From: Acidobacteriota bacterium | GTDB lineage: Bacteria; Acidobacteriota; Thermoanaerobaculia; Multivoradales; JAHEKO01 | DNA: 64,000 nucleotides | Assembly: GCA_029862975.1 (NCBI GenBank) | Contig: JAOTWP010000006.1 | Location: 41 to 64,040, forward strand | Reading direction: 5' to 3' | Shown: positions 16,698 through 26,561 of the stretch, piece by piece | Numbering within the stretch: position 1 is the first letter of the stretch | Layout of the letters: the number at the start of each line of letters is the position of its first letter | Made by a program: the position numbers and the translations under genes | The notes under the pieces: model-generated | Databases searched by the model: none | What the model was told of the DNA's origin: nothing | Seen by the model: the letters and a program-made list of their open reading frames with translations, nothing else

Positions 16698-19490
16698 CTA
16701 GTCGCCCTCTTCGTCGCGAGCCAGCCGCACGCCGCGCTCGTCGCGCACCAGCCGCTCCGGCGGCAGGCTCTCGAGCTCCGGCAGCTCGACCGCCGGAAGG
16801 ACGGCGCGAGCCTCGCGGACCGGCTCGACGGCCGGGCTCTCGAGCTCCGGGGAGAACGTCGTGATCTGCCTCCACGAGCGGTTGATGTCGTCGCCCATGA
16901 CGAGCAGCAGATCGCCGGCCCGGGCGGCCGAGAGCGCGGTGAAGATCGCCTCCTGCTCGTCGGGGACGACGGCGATCGCATCGGCGGCGACCCCGGCGCC
17001 CAGGAGCCCGTCGCGCAGCAGCGCCGGCACCTCGCCGGGCGCGCGGCCGCGCAGGTTGTCGTCGCGCCGGCAGACGTAGCGGTCGAAGTGGCCGGCGCAG
17101 AGCTCGGCGATCGCCCGGATGTCCTCGTCCCGCCGATCGCCCGGCGCGGCCAGCACGCAGATCCGGCGGCCGGCGGCGTCGAGGCTGTCGATGAGCCGCA
17201 CGATCGCCGCGACGGCGTGCGGGTTGTGGGCGTAGTCGAGCACCACCTTGAAGGGGTGCTCGTCGTAGACGTTGAGCCGGCCCGGCGCCTGGAAGAAGGT
17301 GTTGTCGAAGGTCCTGAGCCCCTGGCGGATGTCGTCGAGGCCGACGCCCATGCTGTAGGCGATCGCCGCCGCGGCCATGGCGTTCTGTACGTTGTGCAGC
17401 GCCTTGCCCTCGAGCGTCGCCGGGATGAGGTGCGTCCAGAGCAGGGGGATGTGCTTGCCCTGGTCGTAGATCGTGATCATGTGGCCGTTGATGCCCTCTT
17501 CGAGCACCACGGCGCGGCCGTCGGCCGCGATGTGCTCGCGCACCAGCGGGTGGCGGGTGTTCATCGTCAGATAGCAGACGCGCTCGGCCTCGGAGTAGTC
17601 CGCCATCTTCAGGCAGTGCGGGTCGTCCGCGTTGAGGACGGCCGTGTCCCTGGCCACCTCGACCACGACCCGCTTGACCCGCGCCAGATCCTCGACGGTG
17701 TCGATCCCGCGCAGGCCCAGGTGATCGGCCGCCACGTTGAGCACCGCCCCGACGTTGCAGCGCCGGTAGCCCATGCCGGCCCGCAGCAGCCCGCCGCGCG
17801 CCGTCTCGAGCACCGCCACCTCCACCGCCCGGTCGCGCAGGACCATCCGCGCCGCCGTCGGGCCCGTCATGTCTCCCGGCACGGTGAGATGGCCGTCGAT
17901 GTAGACGCCGTCCGAGGTCGTCAGCCCCACCGTGCGGCCGGCCAGCTTCTGGATGTGCGCCACCATCCGGCTGGTCGTGGTCTTGCCGTTGGTGCCGGTG
18001 ATCGCGGCGATGGGGATCCGGCTCGGCGCCCCCGGGGGGAACAGCATGTCCATGACCGGCCCGGCCACGTCTCGCGGCCGGCCCTCGCTCGGCGCGACGT
18101 GCATGCGGAACCCCGGGGCCGCGTTGACCTCGCAGATCGCCCCGCCCGTGGCGTGGAACGAGCGCGCGATGTCCGTCGTCAGGAAGTCGATGCCGGCTAC
18201 GTCCAGCCCGATGGCCCGGGCGGCGCGGGTCGCCATCTCCCGGTTGTCGGGGTGCACCTCGTCCGTGACGTCGACCGCCGTGCCCCCCGTCGAGAGGTTC
18301 GCCGTCGACCGCAGGTAGACCACCTCGCCGGCCGGGGGCACGCTCTCTCGGGTGTAGCCCCGCAGCGAGAGCAGGCGCTCCGCCTGGCGGTCGAACTCGA
18401 GGCGGGTCAGCACCTTCGCGTGTCCGATGCCGCGCCGCGGATCGGAGTTGACGATCTCCACCAGCTGCTCGACGGTGCGCTCGCCGTCACCGACGACGTG
18501 GCCCGGCACCCGCTTGGACGCCGCGACGAGCTGGCCGTCGATCACCAGCAGGCGATGGTCGAAGCCCTCGATGTAGCTCTCGACGAGCACCGTCTCGGAG
18601 TGCTGGCGGGCGCTCCCGTAGGCGGTGGCGATCGCCTCGGGGTCCGACAGGTCGATCGACACGCCGCGGCCGTGGTTGGCGTCGAGCGGCTTGACGACCA
18701 CCGGGTAGCCGATCCGCTCGGCCTCGGCGACGGCCTCCGCGGCACTGTAGACGAGGTGCTGGCGGGGCACCGGCAGGCCGAGGTCGCCGAGAATCTTGTT
18801 CGTCTCTTCCTTGTCGGAGGCCAGCTCCACGGCGATGTGCCGGGTCTCGTCGGTCACGGTCGCCTGGATCCGCTTGCCGTACCTGCCGTGGCCGAACTGC
18901 ACGAGGCTGTAGCGGTTGAGCCGCAGCCACGGGATGTCGCGCTCCTCGGCGGCGGCCACGAGCGACGCGGTGCTGGGACCGAGCGCCCGGCGCTGGGCGG
19001 CGCGGATGAAGGCGTCGCGCTCCTCCTCCCACTCGAAGCGGCGCTCGCGCACGGCGCGCGGCTGGAGCTCCTCAGGCAGCAGCCGCTCGAGGAGCTCGAT
19101 CGCCAGGTCGCCGGCCTCCAGCCCCACGCGCTCCTGGACGTACTGATAGACGACGTCGTACTGCCGCGGCTCGCCGTTGCTGCGCGTCTTGCCGAACGTG
19201 ACCCGCGAGCCGGCCAGGTTCTGGACCTCGATCGCCGCGTGCTCCAGGATGTGGCCCATCCAGGTCCCGTCGTCCTCCGTGAGCCGGCGCACGAAGCCGC
19301 CGGGCTCGCGATAGGAGCAGCCGTGCTCGCGCAGCCCCGGCAGGGCCGCCAGCAGGCCGTCGAGGAACGCCGGGCCGAGCCGGGTGCTGGGCCAGTCCTC
19401 GAGCTCTTCGAGATCGAGGGTCAGGCGGATGACCGGGAAATGCGCGTACAGGCTGGGGCCGAGGTAGACCGCTCGCTCGAGCACCTTCAC
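16698..19490 (-). CDS. cphA: Cyanophycin synthetase
   Basis: N-domain EHGCS...TWMGHILEH, LGPSTASL, ATP-grasp VVKPLDANHGRGV and ANLSTGG, EVNAAPG, Mur domain GTNGKTT and ETARGG, DYAHNP. Confidence 0.96.
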   Translation of the reverse strand: MKVLERAVYLGPSLYAHFPVIRLTLDLEELEDWPSTRLGPAFLDGLLAALPGLREHGCSYREPGGFVRRLTEDDGTWMGHILEHAAIEVQNLAGSRVTFGKTRSNGEPRQYDVVYQYVQERVGLEAGDLAIELLERLLPEELQPRAVRERRFEWEEERDAFIRAAQRRALGPSTASLVAAAEERDIPWLRLNRYSLVQFGHGRYGKRIQATVTDETRHIAVELASDKEETNKILGDLGLPVPRQHLVYSAAEAVAEAERIGYPVVVKPLDANHGRGVSIDLSDPEAIATAYGSARQHSETVLVESYIEGFDHRLLVIDGQLVAASKRVPGHVVGDGERTVEQLVEIVNSDPRRGIGHAKVLTRLEFDRQAERLLSLRGYTRESVPPAGEVVYLRSTANLSTGGTAVDVTDEVHPDNREMATRAARAIGLDVAGIDFLTTDIARSFHATGGAICEVNAAPGFRMHVAPSEGRPRDVAGPVMDMLFPPGAPSRIPIAAITGTNGKTTTSRMVAHIQKLAGRTVGLTTSDGVYIDGHLTVPGDMTGPTAARMVLRDRAVEVAVLETARGGLLRAGMGYRRCNVGAVLNVAADHLGLRGIDTVEDLARVKRVVVEVARDTAVLNADDPHCLKMADYSEAERVCYLTMNTRHPLVREHIAADGRAVVLEEGINGHMITIYDQGKHIPLLWTHLIPATLEGKALHNVQNAMAAAAIAYSMGVGLDDIRQGLRTFDNTFFQAPGRLNVYDEHPFKVVLDYAHNPHAVAAIVRLIDSLDAAGRRICVLAAPGDRRDEDIRAIAELCAGHFDRYVCRRDDNLRGRAPGEVPALLRDGLLGAGVAADAIAVVPDEQEAIFTALSAARAGDLLLVMGDDINRSWRQITTFSPELESPAVEPVREARAVLPAVELPELESLPPERLVRDERGVRLARDEEGD

Positions 19491-20311
19491 GACGCGGCCG
19501 TCTCCCGGGCCTGCGCCGGCGGCGTCGCCCGGCGGGCGCCGATGTCGTAGGCCGCGCCCTCGGTCAGGATGTGCAGCCGGACGTCGAGCACGCAGACCGC
19601 GTCGTCCTGCCGGGCCGAGTCCATGGACGAGAACGCGAGCTCCGAGGGGTCGACGATCGTGATCGCGCCGCTGCCGTGGACGACCAGCCGGTCGTGCGGG
19701 TCGATGAAGGCCGCCGTGTCCTCGTCGAGCCCGATCCCGATGGGCCGCGGGTTGTAGGCCAGCGCCGTCAGCAGCCGTCCCAGGCGGTCGCGCTGCCGGA
19801 AGTGCTGGTCGATGATCGCCGTGTGGGTCAGGCCGAGCCCCGGCGCCAGCGTCACCATGTGGGCGCGGGGGGTCGAGCCCTCCTCGCCGAAGGCGATCAT
19901 GTGCTCGGAGAGAAACGCCGCGCCGGCCGAGGTGCCGGCGACGTGCAGGCCGTCCTCGGCGTTGCGCCGCCGGAGCATGTCGGCCACCTGCGTGCCGCCG
20001 ATCGTCGTCGACAGCTTGAGCTGGTTGCCGCCCGTCAGGAACACGCCGTCGGCGCGCTCGAGCCGGCGCAGGAACCGCCGATCGCCGCAGTCACGGCGAT
20101 CGTAGATGGGCAGCGAGCGCGCCGCCCCGGCCCCGAGGCCGCGAAAGACGCGCTCGTAGCCGTTCCCCGTCCGGCGCTCGCTCGACGCCGTGGGGATGAT
20201 CGCGATCCGCGCCTCGGGCCCGCCGCACACCGCGACGAACCGCTCGAGGATCGCCGGATCGCGCAGCCGCTCCTCGGCGCCGCCGATCGGAATGATGTAG
20301 CCACGACCCAT
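19487..20311 (-). CDS. cphB: Cyanophycinase (peptidase S51)
   Basis: IIPIGGAEE, TGGNQ, GTSAGA, IDQHFRQRDRLGRL, GLDEDT; GTGA overlap with cphA. Confidence 0.95.
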   Translation of the reverse strand: MGRGYIIPIGGAEERLRDPAILERFVAVCGGPEARIAIIPTASSERRTGNGYERVFRGLGAGAARSLPIYDRRDCGDRRFLRRLERADGVFLTGGNQLKLSTTIGGTQVADMLRRRNAEDGLHVAGTSAGAAFLSEHMIAFGEEGSTPRAHMVTLAPGLGLTHTAIIDQHFRQRDRLGRLLTALAYNPRPIGIGLDEDTAAFIDPHDRLVVHGSGAITIVDPSELAFSSMDSARQDDAVCVLDVRLHILTEGAAYDIGARRATPPAQARETAAS

Positions 20312-20588
20312 CCTCGAGCCCCTCTCCTTGCCCCCAACCACCGCGCCGCACCGCCCGCCAGATTTCCATTCTAGCCTGCACGAATCGTGACGCCGCGAGC
20401 CGCTGGTCAAGAGTCTTCCGGCCGCCGTCTCAACGGCCCCCTGCGCCTGGGCGCGGATCGGCGAAGCGGGGGTCGGCAACGAAGCCGGCGTGCAGCGCGT
20501 CGCTGCTCTTCGCCCCCGCCGCGCCGAGCGCCAGTTCCCGGCGGCGCTCTCCGGTAGACTCGGCCACAGTCCCTTCGTCGAGAGCCCG

Positions 20589-23093
20589 ATGCGCGCGCCC
20601 CACCTCGTAGCTCCGTGTCTCGTCGCCTGCTGTCTGGCGGCGTGCGGGCCGCGGGCCGGCTCGGGACCGGAGGCGCTCGCCGCGCCGGTCGTGCACCTGA
20701 CCGAGCATCTGGCGCGGGCGACCGCCGTGAGCGGCGGCGCGCCGATGGCGGCGCGCCAGCAGCGCCGCTGGAGCTTCCACGAGCCGCAGCCCGCCTGGCG
20801 GCCGCTGTCGGCCGACCGGGTCCCGTGGCTGGCCGAGGTCCGCGCCGAGCCGGTGGACCGCGGCCTCCGGCTGGACCTCTCCCCGCCGCCGGCGCAGCGC
20901 ACGATGCTGCTGATCGGCGGGCTCGAGATCGCCTTCGAGGAAGGGCTGCGGCTCGCCGACTGGGACGCGCTGCTCGTGCGCGCCCGGTCGCGCCACGAGT
21001 TCGCCGGGATCACGGCCGCGCACAACCTCGAGGCCGAGGGCGCCCTGCCGACGGATCTCTTCTTCTTCTTCTCGACCGACGAAGCGCCGCCGGTGTTCAG
21101 CGACGGCTCCGAGCAGACTTACGCCATCCCGCTGCGGCCCAGCGAGAGCGAGGACCCGGAGGCCGTGCTCTCGAGCCTCGGCGTGGTGCTCGCCACCGTG
21201 AATCCAGGCGCGATCGAGATCCTGTCGATCGAGCTCGTGCCGCGGGGCGCGGCGTTTCTCGACGACCTCGGAAGCCGCCACGTCGCCCGCGGGGGCGAGT
21301 CGCGCGAGACGCTCTTCGTCCACGCGCCGGCGTCCGTCTCCTACCCGCTGCGGGTGCCGGCCGCGGGCCGGCTCGACGTCGGGCTGGCCGTCGAGCCCGG
21401 GCAGGCCGTTACCTACCAGGTGACGGTCGCGACCGCCGGCGGCGCGCCCGAGACGGTCTTCGAGGAGCGGCTCGACGAAGCGGCCTCCTGGAACCAGCGC
21501 TCGATCGACCTGGCGGCGTTCGCCGGCCGCGACGTGGAGCTGACGCTCGGCGCCGTGAGCCGCGAGCCCGGGGCCGTCGGGCTGTGGGGTGCCCCGGTCG
21601 TCTCCGGCGGCGGCGCCGGCGAGCGCCCCAACGTCGTCTTCTACGTCATCGACGGCGGCGGCGCCGACCAGATGAGCCTCTACGGCTACGACCGCCCGAC
21701 GACGCCGCTGCTCGAGGAGCTGGGCCGGCGGGGCGCGAATTTCGAGCGCGCCTTCTCCAACGCCACGTGGACGCAGCCCTCGACCGTCTCCTTCATGACC
21801 TCGCTCCACCACAGCGTCCTCGGCGGGCTGCGCCGCGGCATCCACTCGACCCCCATCCCCGTGGCAGCCACGCCGATGGCCGAGCACATGCGCCGCGGCG
21901 GCTACCAGACGGCCTCCTTCTCGGCGAACCCGAACTCGGGCCGGATCATCGGCCTGGAGCGCGGCGTCGACGTCCTGCGCGACAGCGTCGCCGCGGACCA
22001 CTCCTCCTCGTCGGTCGAGCTGCACGACCGCTTCCGAGACTGGCGGCGGAGCTATCCCGGAGCGCCGTTCTGGGTCCACTTCCAGACGACGGACGTCCAC
22101 GAGCCCAACCATCCGCCGCCGCCGTTCGCGGGCCGCTTCGCGACGGCCGCCGCGGGCGAGCAGCTGGTGGCATGGGACCGGCAGGTGTTCAACGCCGCCG
22201 GAACGCTCTTCGGCCGCACGAGCATCATGAACTTCTACGACGTCGCCCTGGAGCGCACCGGGATCCCCCGGCAGGAGTACTTCGGCGCCCGCCGCGACCT
22301 CTACGACGAGACGATGACCCACCAGGACCATCAGCTGGCGCGGCTCGTCGAGCAGCTCGAGGCGGCCGGCGAATGGGAGAACACGCTGCTCGTCATCGGG
22401 TCCGACCACGGCCACCCGGCGGGGTCCTTCGCCCGCTGGGGGCGCGGCCTCTTCGACCCCCAGCCCGAGCCCTGGCAGGGGGCGCTCTTCGACGCCTATT
22501 CCTCGCGGGTGCCGCTCGTCTTCATCTGGCCGGGGCACATCGCCCCCGGCCAGCGCTTCGACCAGGCCGTGTCGATGATCGACGTGCTGCCCACGATCCT
22601 CGACCTCGTGGGGCTGCCCCCGCCCGAGACGCTGCAGGGGCGGTCGCTCGCGCCGCTGCTCACCACCGGTACCCAGGAGGAGAGGCCGGTGATCTTCGAC
22701 GAGTTCCGGATCGACGAGGCGACCGGCGAGCGGATCGGCAACCTCGAGATCGTCGACGGCCGCTGGGGCGCGTCGCTCGAGATCGGCCCCCAGCCCGCGG
22801 GGTCGGAGCCCGATCGCGGCCGCCACGCCGTGCCGGCGGGCGGTCGCTGGGGCTCCGTCCACCCCTATTTCGAGGGCGCTCCGCGGCTGCTTCTCTACGA
22901 TCTCGCGGCCGACCCCTTCGCGCGGCGCGCCGTCAACGACGAGCACCCCGACCTCGTCGCGAAGTACCGCGCGGCCCTTCTCGAGCAGTGGGCGGCGCAC
23001 CAGGCTCTGGCCTCGCGGTTCACCGAAGCGAACGAGGTGGCGCTCACCCCCGAGCAGCTCCGGCAGCTCCGCGCGCTGGGCTACATCCAATAG
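20589..23093 (+). CDS. Sulfatase-like hydrolase/transferase, probable lipoprotein
   Basis: LAAC lipobox; PNVVFYVID, YGYDRPTTP, SNATWTQPS, DVHEP, SDHGH, LYDLAADP, C-terminal LRALGYI. Confidence 0.85.
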   Translation: MRAPHLVAPCLVACCLAACGPRAGSGPEALAAPVVHLTEHLARATAVSGGAPMAARQQRRWSFHEPQPAWRPLSADRVPWLAEVRAEPVDRGLRLDLSPPPAQRTMLLIGGLEIAFEEGLRLADWDALLVRARSRHEFAGITAAHNLEAEGALPTDLFFFFSTDEAPPVFSDGSEQTYAIPLRPSESEDPEAVLSSLGVVLATVNPGAIEILSIELVPRGAAFLDDLGSRHVARGGESRETLFVHAPASVSYPLRVPAAGRLDVGLAVEPGQAVTYQVTVATAGGAPETVFEERLDEAASWNQRSIDLAAFAGRDVELTLGAVSREPGAVGLWGAPVVSGGGAGERPNVVFYVIDGGGADQMSLYGYDRPTTPLLEELGRRGANFERAFSNATWTQPSTVSFMTSLHHSVLGGLRRGIHSTPIPVAATPMAEHMRRGGYQTASFSANPNSGRIIGLERGVDVLRDSVAADHSSSSVELHDRFRDWRRSYPGAPFWVHFQTTDVHEPNHPPPPFAGRFATAAAGEQLVAWDRQVFNAAGTLFGRTSIMNFYDVALERTGIPRQEYFGARRDLYDETMTHQDHQLARLVEQLEAAGEWENTLLVIGSDHGHPAGSFARWGRGLFDPQPEPWQGALFDAYSSRVPLVFIWPGHIAPGQRFDQAVSMIDVLPTILDLVGLPPPETLQGRSLAPLLTTGTQEERPVIFDEFRIDEATGERIGNLEIVDGRWGASLEIGPQPAGSEPDRGRHAVPAGGRWGSVHPYFEGAPRLLLYDLAADPFARRAVNDEHPDLVAKYRAALLEQWAAHQALASRFTEANEVALTPEQLRQLRALGYIQ

Positions 23094-23260
23094 CGGCGGC
23101 CGTCCCGCGTCGCGCCCGGGAGAGCGCCGGAGCCCGCCGGTCGATCCTCGAGAGCCCGCCGAAGCCGGACGGCGAGGTCCTTTCTGCTACTCTGTGCGGC
23201 CCGATCGAACTGCGAAACGAGACGCCGCCCGCCGGGGCGGCCCGGCCGGAGGAGCCCCCC

Positions 23261-26200
23261 ATGAAGACCCCGAGAACGCTGGCGCTGTGTCTGCTGGCCG
23301 CCGCGATGACGCCGCTGGCGGCCACCGCGAAGAAGGCGACCGAGCCCGAGGCGAAGGACGAGGACCTGCGGCTCGCAGCCGCCACCTTCGCCGGGCTCGA
23401 GCTGCGCAACATCGGGCCGGCCATGATGTCGGGCCGCATCGCCGACCTCGCCGTCCATCCCGAGGACGCGTCCACGTGGTACGTGGCCGTCGGCAGCGGC
23501 AACGTCTGGAAGACGACCAACGCGGGCACCACCTGGACCCCGATCTTCGACGACCAGGGGTCGTACTCGATCGGCTGCATCACCCTCGACCCGGGGGACC
23601 CCGACGTCGTCTGGGTGGGCACCGGCGAGAACGTCGGCGGCCGCCACGTCGGCTTCGGCGACGGCGTCTACAAGTCGACCGACGGCGGCGGCAGCTGGAC
23701 GAACATGGGCCTTGCCGCCTCCGAGCACATCGGCACGATCGTCGTCGACCCCAGGGACTCGGACACGGTCTTCGTCGCGGCGCAGGGCCCGCTGTGGGCG
23801 GCCGGCGGCGAGCGCGGGCTCTACAAGACGACCGACGGCGGCGCCACCTGGGAGCGCGTCCTCGGCGGCGGCGAGTACACCGGCGTCAACGAGGTGATCC
23901 AGCACCCCGGGGATCCGGACACCCTGATCGCGGCGACCCACCAGCGCCACCGCACGGTCGCGGCCCTCATCGACGGCGGCCCCGAGTCGGGAATCCACAA
24001 GTCGACCGACGGCGGCGCGACCTGGCGCGAGCTCGAGCGGGGCCTGCCGGAGGAGGACATGGGCAAGATCGGGCTCGCCTACTCGCCGCAGAACCCGGAC
24101 GTCGTCTACGCGACGATCGAGCTCGCCCACGGCGCGGGGGGCTTCTACCGCTCCACCGACGGCGGCGAGAGCTGGGAGAAGCGCAGCGACTTCGTCTCCG
24201 GCGGCACGGGCCCGCACTACTACCAGGAGCTCATCGCGAGCCCGCACGCCTTCGACCGCGTCTACCAGATGAACAACCGGCAGAGCGTCACCGAGGACGG
24301 CGGCAAGACCTTTTTCGACCTGCCCCAGGAGCACAAGCACGGCGACAACCACGCGCTGGCCTTCAGCGCCGCGGATCCGGAGTACCTCCTCGCCGGCACC
24401 GACGGCGGGATCTACGAGAGCTGGGATCTCGGCCAGACCTGGAAGTTCGTCGCCAACCTGCCCCTGACCCAGTTCTACAAGGTGGCCGTCGACTACGACG
24501 AGCCCTTCTACCACGTCGTCGGCGGCACCCAGGACAACAGCACCCAGTACGGCCCCTCGCGCACCGACAACGACACGGGAATCCGCAATTCGGACTGGGA
24601 GATCACCGTCTTCGCCGACGGCCACCAGCCGGCGATCGATCCCACCGACCCCGACATCGTCTACTCCGAGTGGCAGGAGGGCAACCTCGTCCGCTGGGAC
24701 CGCCGGACCGGCGAGATCGTCTACATCCAGCCGCAGCCGGAGAAGGGCGAGGAGCAGGAGCGCTTCAACTGGGACTCGCCGATCCTCGTGAGCCCGCACG
24801 ATCCGCGGACGATCTTCTTCGCCAGCCAGCGGGTCTGGAAGAGCGACGACCGGGGCGACAGCTGGACGCCGATCTCGGGCGACCTGACCCACGGCCGCGA
24901 CCGGCTCGAGCTGCCGCTCATGGACCGGGTCTGGAGCTTCGACGCGATCTGGGACCTCTCCGCGATGTCCAAGTACGGCACCATCACCTCGCTGGCCCAG
25001 TCGCCGCTCGACGCCGCCCTGATCTATGCCGGCACCGACGACGGCCTCATCCGGGCGACGGACGACGGCGGCGCCACCTGGCGCACGGTGGCGGACCTGC
25101 CCGGCGTCCAGGAGGGGTTCTTCGTCAACGATCTCAAGGCCGACCTCCACGACGCGGACACGGTCTACGCCGCCGTCGACAACCACAAGGTCGGCGACTT
25201 CGAGCCGTACCTGCTCAAGAGCACCGACCGCGGCGCCACCTGGAGCTCGATCCGCGGCGACCTGCCCGACCGCCACCTCGTGTGGCGGGTGGTCCAGGAT
25301 CACGAGAAGCCGGAGCTGCTCTTCGCCGGCACGGAGTTCGGGGTCTTCTTCACGGTCGACGGCGGCGCCCGGTGGATCGAGCTGACGGGCGGCGTCCCCA
25401 CCATCCCGTTCCGCGACCTCGCGATCCAGCGCCGCGAGAACGATCTCGTCGGCGCCACCTTCGGGCGCAGCTTCTTCGTGCTCGACGACTACACGCCGCT
25501 GCGAACCGTCAGCGAGGAGCTCCTGGAGCGCGAGGCGGCGCTCTTCCCGGTCCGCACCGCCAAGTGGTACGTCCCCCGGCGCCCCTTCGGCCGCGGCGAG
25601 AAGGGCAGCCAGGGCGACGCGTTCTTCAACGCCCCCAATCCGCCCTTCGGCGCCGTCTTCACCTACTATCTCCGCGACTCCGCCAAGACCGAAAAGCAGC
25701 AGCGCCAGGAGCGCGAGAAGGAGATCGCGGCCGAGGGCGGCGACACCCCCTACCCCGGCTGGGAGGCCCTGCGCGAGGAGGAGCTCGAGGAGGAGCCCGC
25801 CGTCGTGCTGACGGTCCGCGACGCCGCCGGCGAGGTGGTGCGGCGGGTCACCGGGCCGGCCGCGGCGGGCTTCCACCGCGTGGCGTGGGACCTGCGCTAT
25901 CCGAGCCCGGCGCCCGAAGGCGAGGAGGGGGGCTTCTTCCGCCGCGAGGGCGGCTACCTGGCCCCTCCCGGCAGCTACTCCGTCGCTCTCGCCCTGCGCA
26001 GCGGCGGCGCCGAGACGCCGCTTTCCGCGAGCGAGACGTTCGAGGTCGTGCCGCTGCGCAGCCGCGGGCTGGCCGGCGCCGCGCCGGCCGAGATGGCGGC
26101 GTTCCTGCGCGAGCTGGAGGCGGCGGAGCGCCGCGCCGGCGGCACCCGCGGCGTCATGGAGGAGCTCGCCGCGCGCCTCGAGTCGATGCGCGCCGCCCTC

Positions 26201-26551
26201 ACGCGCTCGCGGGCCGCCGACGCGAGCCTCGACGAGCGGGCCGCCGCCCTGCTGGGCCGGGTGCGGGAGCTGCACGAGACCTTCGACGGCAACGAGCGCC
26301 GCGCCGATTTCGGCGACCCGGGACCGGCCACCATCGCCGGCCGCCTCGGCTCGGTCGGCCTCGGCAACATGTTCTCGACCTACGGGCCGACGCCCATGCA
26401 GCGGCGCCAGCTGGCGATCGCCAGCGAGGAGCTCGCGGAGCTCGCGGCCGCGGTCGACGAGATCGCCGCCGTGGAGCTGCCGGCCCTCGAGGCCGACCTC
26501 GACGCCGCCGGCGTGCCCTGGAGCCCGGGGCGGGGGGTGCCGAAGCCCTGA
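23261..26551 (+). CDS. Secreted Asp-box (BNR)/VPS10-like beta-propeller protein, glycosyl hydrolase-like
   Basis: GGAGGAG RBS, signal peptide, LRNIGPAMMSGRIAD, many S/TxDGGxTW Asp-boxes, helical C-terminus. Confidence 0.9.
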   Translation: MKTPRTLALCLLAAAMTPLAATAKKATEPEAKDEDLRLAAATFAGLELRNIGPAMMSGRIADLAVHPEDASTWYVAVGSGNVWKTTNAGTTWTPIFDDQGSYSIGCITLDPGDPDVVWVGTGENVGGRHVGFGDGVYKSTDGGGSWTNMGLAASEHIGTIVVDPRDSDTVFVAAQGPLWAAGGERGLYKTTDGGATWERVLGGGEYTGVNEVIQHPGDPDTLIAATHQRHRTVAALIDGGPESGIHKSTDGGATWRELERGLPEEDMGKIGLAYSPQNPDVVYATIELAHGAGGFYRSTDGGESWEKRSDFVSGGTGPHYYQELIASPHAFDRVYQMNNRQSVTEDGGKTFFDLPQEHKHGDNHALAFSAADPEYLLAGTDGGIYESWDLGQTWKFVANLPLTQFYKVAVDYDEPFYHVVGGTQDNSTQYGPSRTDNDTGIRNSDWEITVFADGHQPAIDPTDPDIVYSEWQEGNLVRWDRRTGEIVYIQPQPEKGEEQERFNWDSPILVSPHDPRTIFFASQRVWKSDDRGDSWTPISGDLTHGRDRLELPLMDRVWSFDAIWDLSAMSKYGTITSLAQSPLDAALIYAGTDDGLIRATDDGGATWRTVADLPGVQEGFFVNDLKADLHDADTVYAAVDNHKVGDFEPYLLKSTDRGATWSSIRGDLPDRHLVWRVVQDHEKPELLFAGTEFGVFFTVDGGARWIELTGGVPTIPFRDLAIQRRENDLVGATFGRSFFVLDDYTPLRTVSEELLEREAALFPVRTAKWYVPRRPFGRGEKGSQGDAFFNAPNPPFGAVFTYYLRDSAKTEKQQRQEREKEIAAEGGDTPYPGWEALREEELEEEPAVVLTVRDAAGEVVRRVTGPAAAGFHRVAWDLRYPSPAPEGEEGGFFRREGGYLAPPGSYSVALALRSGGAETPLSASETFEVVPLRSRGLAGAAPAEMAAFLRELEAAERRAGGTRGVMEELAARLESMRAALTRSRAADASLDERAAALLGRVRELHETFDGNERRADFGDPGPATIAGRLGSVGLGNMFSTYGPTPMQRRQLAIASEELAELAAAVDEIAAVELPALEADLDAAGVPWSPGRGVPKP

Positions 26552-26561
26552 CCGGCAGCGC

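Noticed and set aside
20615-23260. N-terminal 880 aa of the 1978-aa ORF, suggesting a giant fusion
   Set aside because: Off-frame Arg/Pro-rich overlap of the sulfatase gene; the real start is ATG 23261 with RBS and signal peptide.
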